From contig JBBDMS010000021.1 of assembly GCA_040878185.1 (NCBI GenBank), positions 52,667 through 116,666 on the forward strand: a stretch of DNA of 64,000 nucleotides. The letters are read 5' to 3'. Both the position numbers and the translations under genes were made by a program. This DNA is from Dongiaceae bacterium. GTDB taxonomy: Bacteria; Pseudomonadota; Alphaproteobacteria; Dongiales; Dongiaceae. Within the stretch, counting starts at the first letter, position 1. The number at the start of each line of letters is the position of its first letter. Below the pieces are notes generated by a model. The model did not search any database. It saw nothing but the letters and a program-made list of their open reading frames with translations, and was not told the DNA's origin. This document shows, piece by piece, positions 62,536 to 64,000 of this stretch.

Positions 62536-64000
62536 TTACGCAGTAACGTCCCACTCCTCGGCGAACATGTAGTAAGTGGGATGGATTTCAAAGCCCGTGA
62601 CGCGCTTCGCCATGACGGTGAACACGGCGCGCCACAAAGGCTGGCAAGCCGGACCCACTTCCTGCATCAGGGTCTCGATATCGACCATGATCGCCCGGCG
62701 CGCTTCCACATCGAGGGTACCCTCCGCCTTCGCGAGCAGCGCATCGAACTCCGCATTCGACCAATGTGCCTCGTTCCAGGGAACGTTGGACCGGTAGGCG
62801 AGGCCGAGCACCATCACGCCGAGCGGACGATGCGTCCACGAGGTGAAGGCGAACGGCGCCGTCGGCGCGTTCCAGATGTCCCAATACTGGGACGACGGCA
62901 GAACGTTGATCTTGATGTTGGCACCGGCCTGTTTCCACATCTCGGCCATCGCCTGCACCGTGATCGGTTCCCAGTCCGGATCGCTCTTGCAGAAGATCTC
63001 GGCATTGAAGCCGTTGGGATAGCCGGCTTCCGCCAACAGTGCCTTGGCTCCCTCGATGTCCTGCTTCATGAAGTCGAGCTTCGCGTACTCGGGATGGATC
63101 GGGCAGACATGGTGATGTTCGCCCGGCAGACCGAGGCCGAGATGGCCGACCTGAAGCAGCTTTTCCGTATCGAGCGCGAGGCGCATTGCCTTGCATACCC
63201 GCGGATCGGCGAAAGCTGCCGCCTGGTTTGCCGGATCGGTCATGTCCACGTGGATCGGCTGCATGCGCGCGATGGCCGTCTGGCCGGTCGCGACCTGGTG
63301 AACCTGCACATGCTCGATCTTTTGCAGCGCCGCGTACTGGGTCGTCTGCGCCTCGTACATACCGTCGACCTGCTGCGATGCGATGGCCTGCACCGCGGCC
63401 GCCGCATCGTCGCCATGATCGATGAACTCGACCGCATCGAGCTTGACCGGATTGCCCCAGTAACCATCGCGACGGCGCAGGACTGCCTTCTTCCCGACTT
63501 CGAGTTCGGTCAGCGAGAACGCGCCGGTACCGATCGAGTCGACGCCGAATACACCGTTTTCGCTCGGATGCAGGATTAGGGCCGGATAGTGGAAGAGATG
63601 TTCCGGCACCGCGAGCTGCGGTTCCTGACAATTGAGGCGGACCGTGTAGTCATCGACCTTCTCGATCGCGTTGTCCGCCCACAGACGGGTGGCCATCTTC
63701 TGGCTGCCGTCTTCGTTGGTCTCGCCGGTGTCGAATTCGACGAGCATGTAGCCCTTCATGAGACCGAGCACCGAAGATCCGACGCTTTCGTCGAGCCACC
63801 GGGTCAGGTTCCAGATCACATGATCGGCATTGAACTCGTCGCCGTTCGACCATTTGATCCCCTGCTTCAGATGAAGCGTCCAGGTCTTGAGGTCGTCGCT
63901 CGCTTCCCAGCTCTCGAGCAGCCACGGCCGCGTGACATTGTCGGTACCGGTACGCGTCAGATAATCGCAAACTTGGCGCGTGATGTTCGAATCATAGACC
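62536..64000 (-). CDS. family-5 (peptide/opine/nickel) ABC substrate-binding protein, 5' end beyond the window end
   Basis: The frame stays open upstream of the track's GTG (63819) to 64000: VYDSNITRQVCDYLTRTGTDNVTRPWLLESWEASDDLKTWTLHLKQGIKWSNGDEFNADHV.... This is a typical SBP_bac_5 core. Confidence 0.8.
   Translation of the reverse strand, partial: VYDSNITRQVCDYLTRTGTDNVTRPWLLESWEASDDLKTWTLHLKQGIKWSNGDEFNADHVIWNLTRWLDESVGSSVLGLMKGYMLVEFDTGETNEDGSQKMATRLWADNAIEKVDDYTVRLNCQEPQLAVPEHLFHYPALILHPSENGVFGVDSIGTGAFSLTELEVGKKAVLRRRDGYWGNPVKLDAVEFIDHGDDAAAAVQAIASQQVDGMYEAQTTQYAALQKIEHVQVHQVATGQTAIARMQPIHVDMTDPANQAAAFADPRVCKAMRLALDTEKLLQVGHLGLGLPGEHHHVCPIHPEYAKLDFMKQDIEGAKALLAEAGYPNGFNAEIFCKSDPDWEPITVQAMAEMWKQAGANIKINVLPSSQYWDIWNAPTAPFAFTSWTHRPLGVMVLGLAYRSNVPWNEAHWSNAEFDALLAKAEGTLDVEARRAIMVDIETLMQEVGPACQPLWRAVFTVMAKRVTGFEIHPTYYMFAEEWDVTA

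Noticed and set aside
1-64000. Search for CRISPR arrays, rRNA genes, transposases/IS elements, integrases, prophage genes, toxin-antitoxin pairs or known defence-system signatures
   Set aside because: I recognised none by eye. The only repeats seen are short inverted repeats and hairpins and the 48-bp tandem duplication at 60548-60648.

Overview
GC-rich, gene-dense chromosomal segment, probably alphaproteobacterial (inferred from gene content). About 55 protein genes and one tRNA-Asn. I saw no rRNA, CRISPR array, transposase or integrase. Many long ORFs in the track are antisense shadows of real genes, which is typical of high-GC DNA. Two real genes run off the window edges; one of them, a minus-strand alpha-2-macroglobulin gene at 1-2865, is absent from the ORF track. 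Layout: (1) 1-2865, alpha-2-macroglobulin N-terminus. (2) 2.9-18.1 kb, a surface-glycan tailoring island: three sulfotransferases, two paralogous methyltransferase/P-loop fusion proteins, a 2OG-oxygenase-like protein, three glycosyltransferase-like proteins, and a compact nonulosonic-acid module (NeuB-cupin fusion, HAD phosphatase, CMP-transferase). (3) 18.1-34.9 kb, a bacterial sphingolipid locus. It holds an MsbA-like ABC exporter and the acyl-ACP ligase / SDR / ACP / serine palmitoyltransferase core, in the same order as the Caulobacter ceramide genes. It also holds a convergent operon of a Tam41-like nucleotidyltransferase, a DAG/ceramide-kinase-like enzyme and a CDP-alcohol phosphotransferase. 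Further along are a metallophosphoesterase, a HIT protein, lptF-lptG, a fatty-acid hydroxylase, a large GNAT (bacterial ceramide synthase candidate) and two more nucleotidyltransferases. (4) tRNA-Asn, then an envelope operon (GT1, atypical LpxL-like acyltransferase, orphan MsrQ-like protein, NCS2-type permease). (5) An operon of lipoprotein, OmpR-type regulator, SLT transglycosylase and histidine kinase. (6) Acyl-CoA and amine catabolism genes: SDR, enoyl-CoA hydratase, PotD-like binding protein, TetR, Rieske oxygenase, acyl-CoA dehydrogenase, MFS, two oxidoreductases, and a trimethylamine-dehydrogenase-family flavoprotein. (7) A peptide-type ABC importer. The main lead is that glycan-tailoring genes (nonulosonate, sulfate, methyl) sit directly next to, and co-directional with, a complete sphingolipid pathway and a candidate cytidine-nucleotide-dependent ceramide head-group module. 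This suggests an undescribed anionic, possibly sulfated or nonulosonylated, glycosphingolipid system. All functional calls come from reading motifs by eye; no database search was run.
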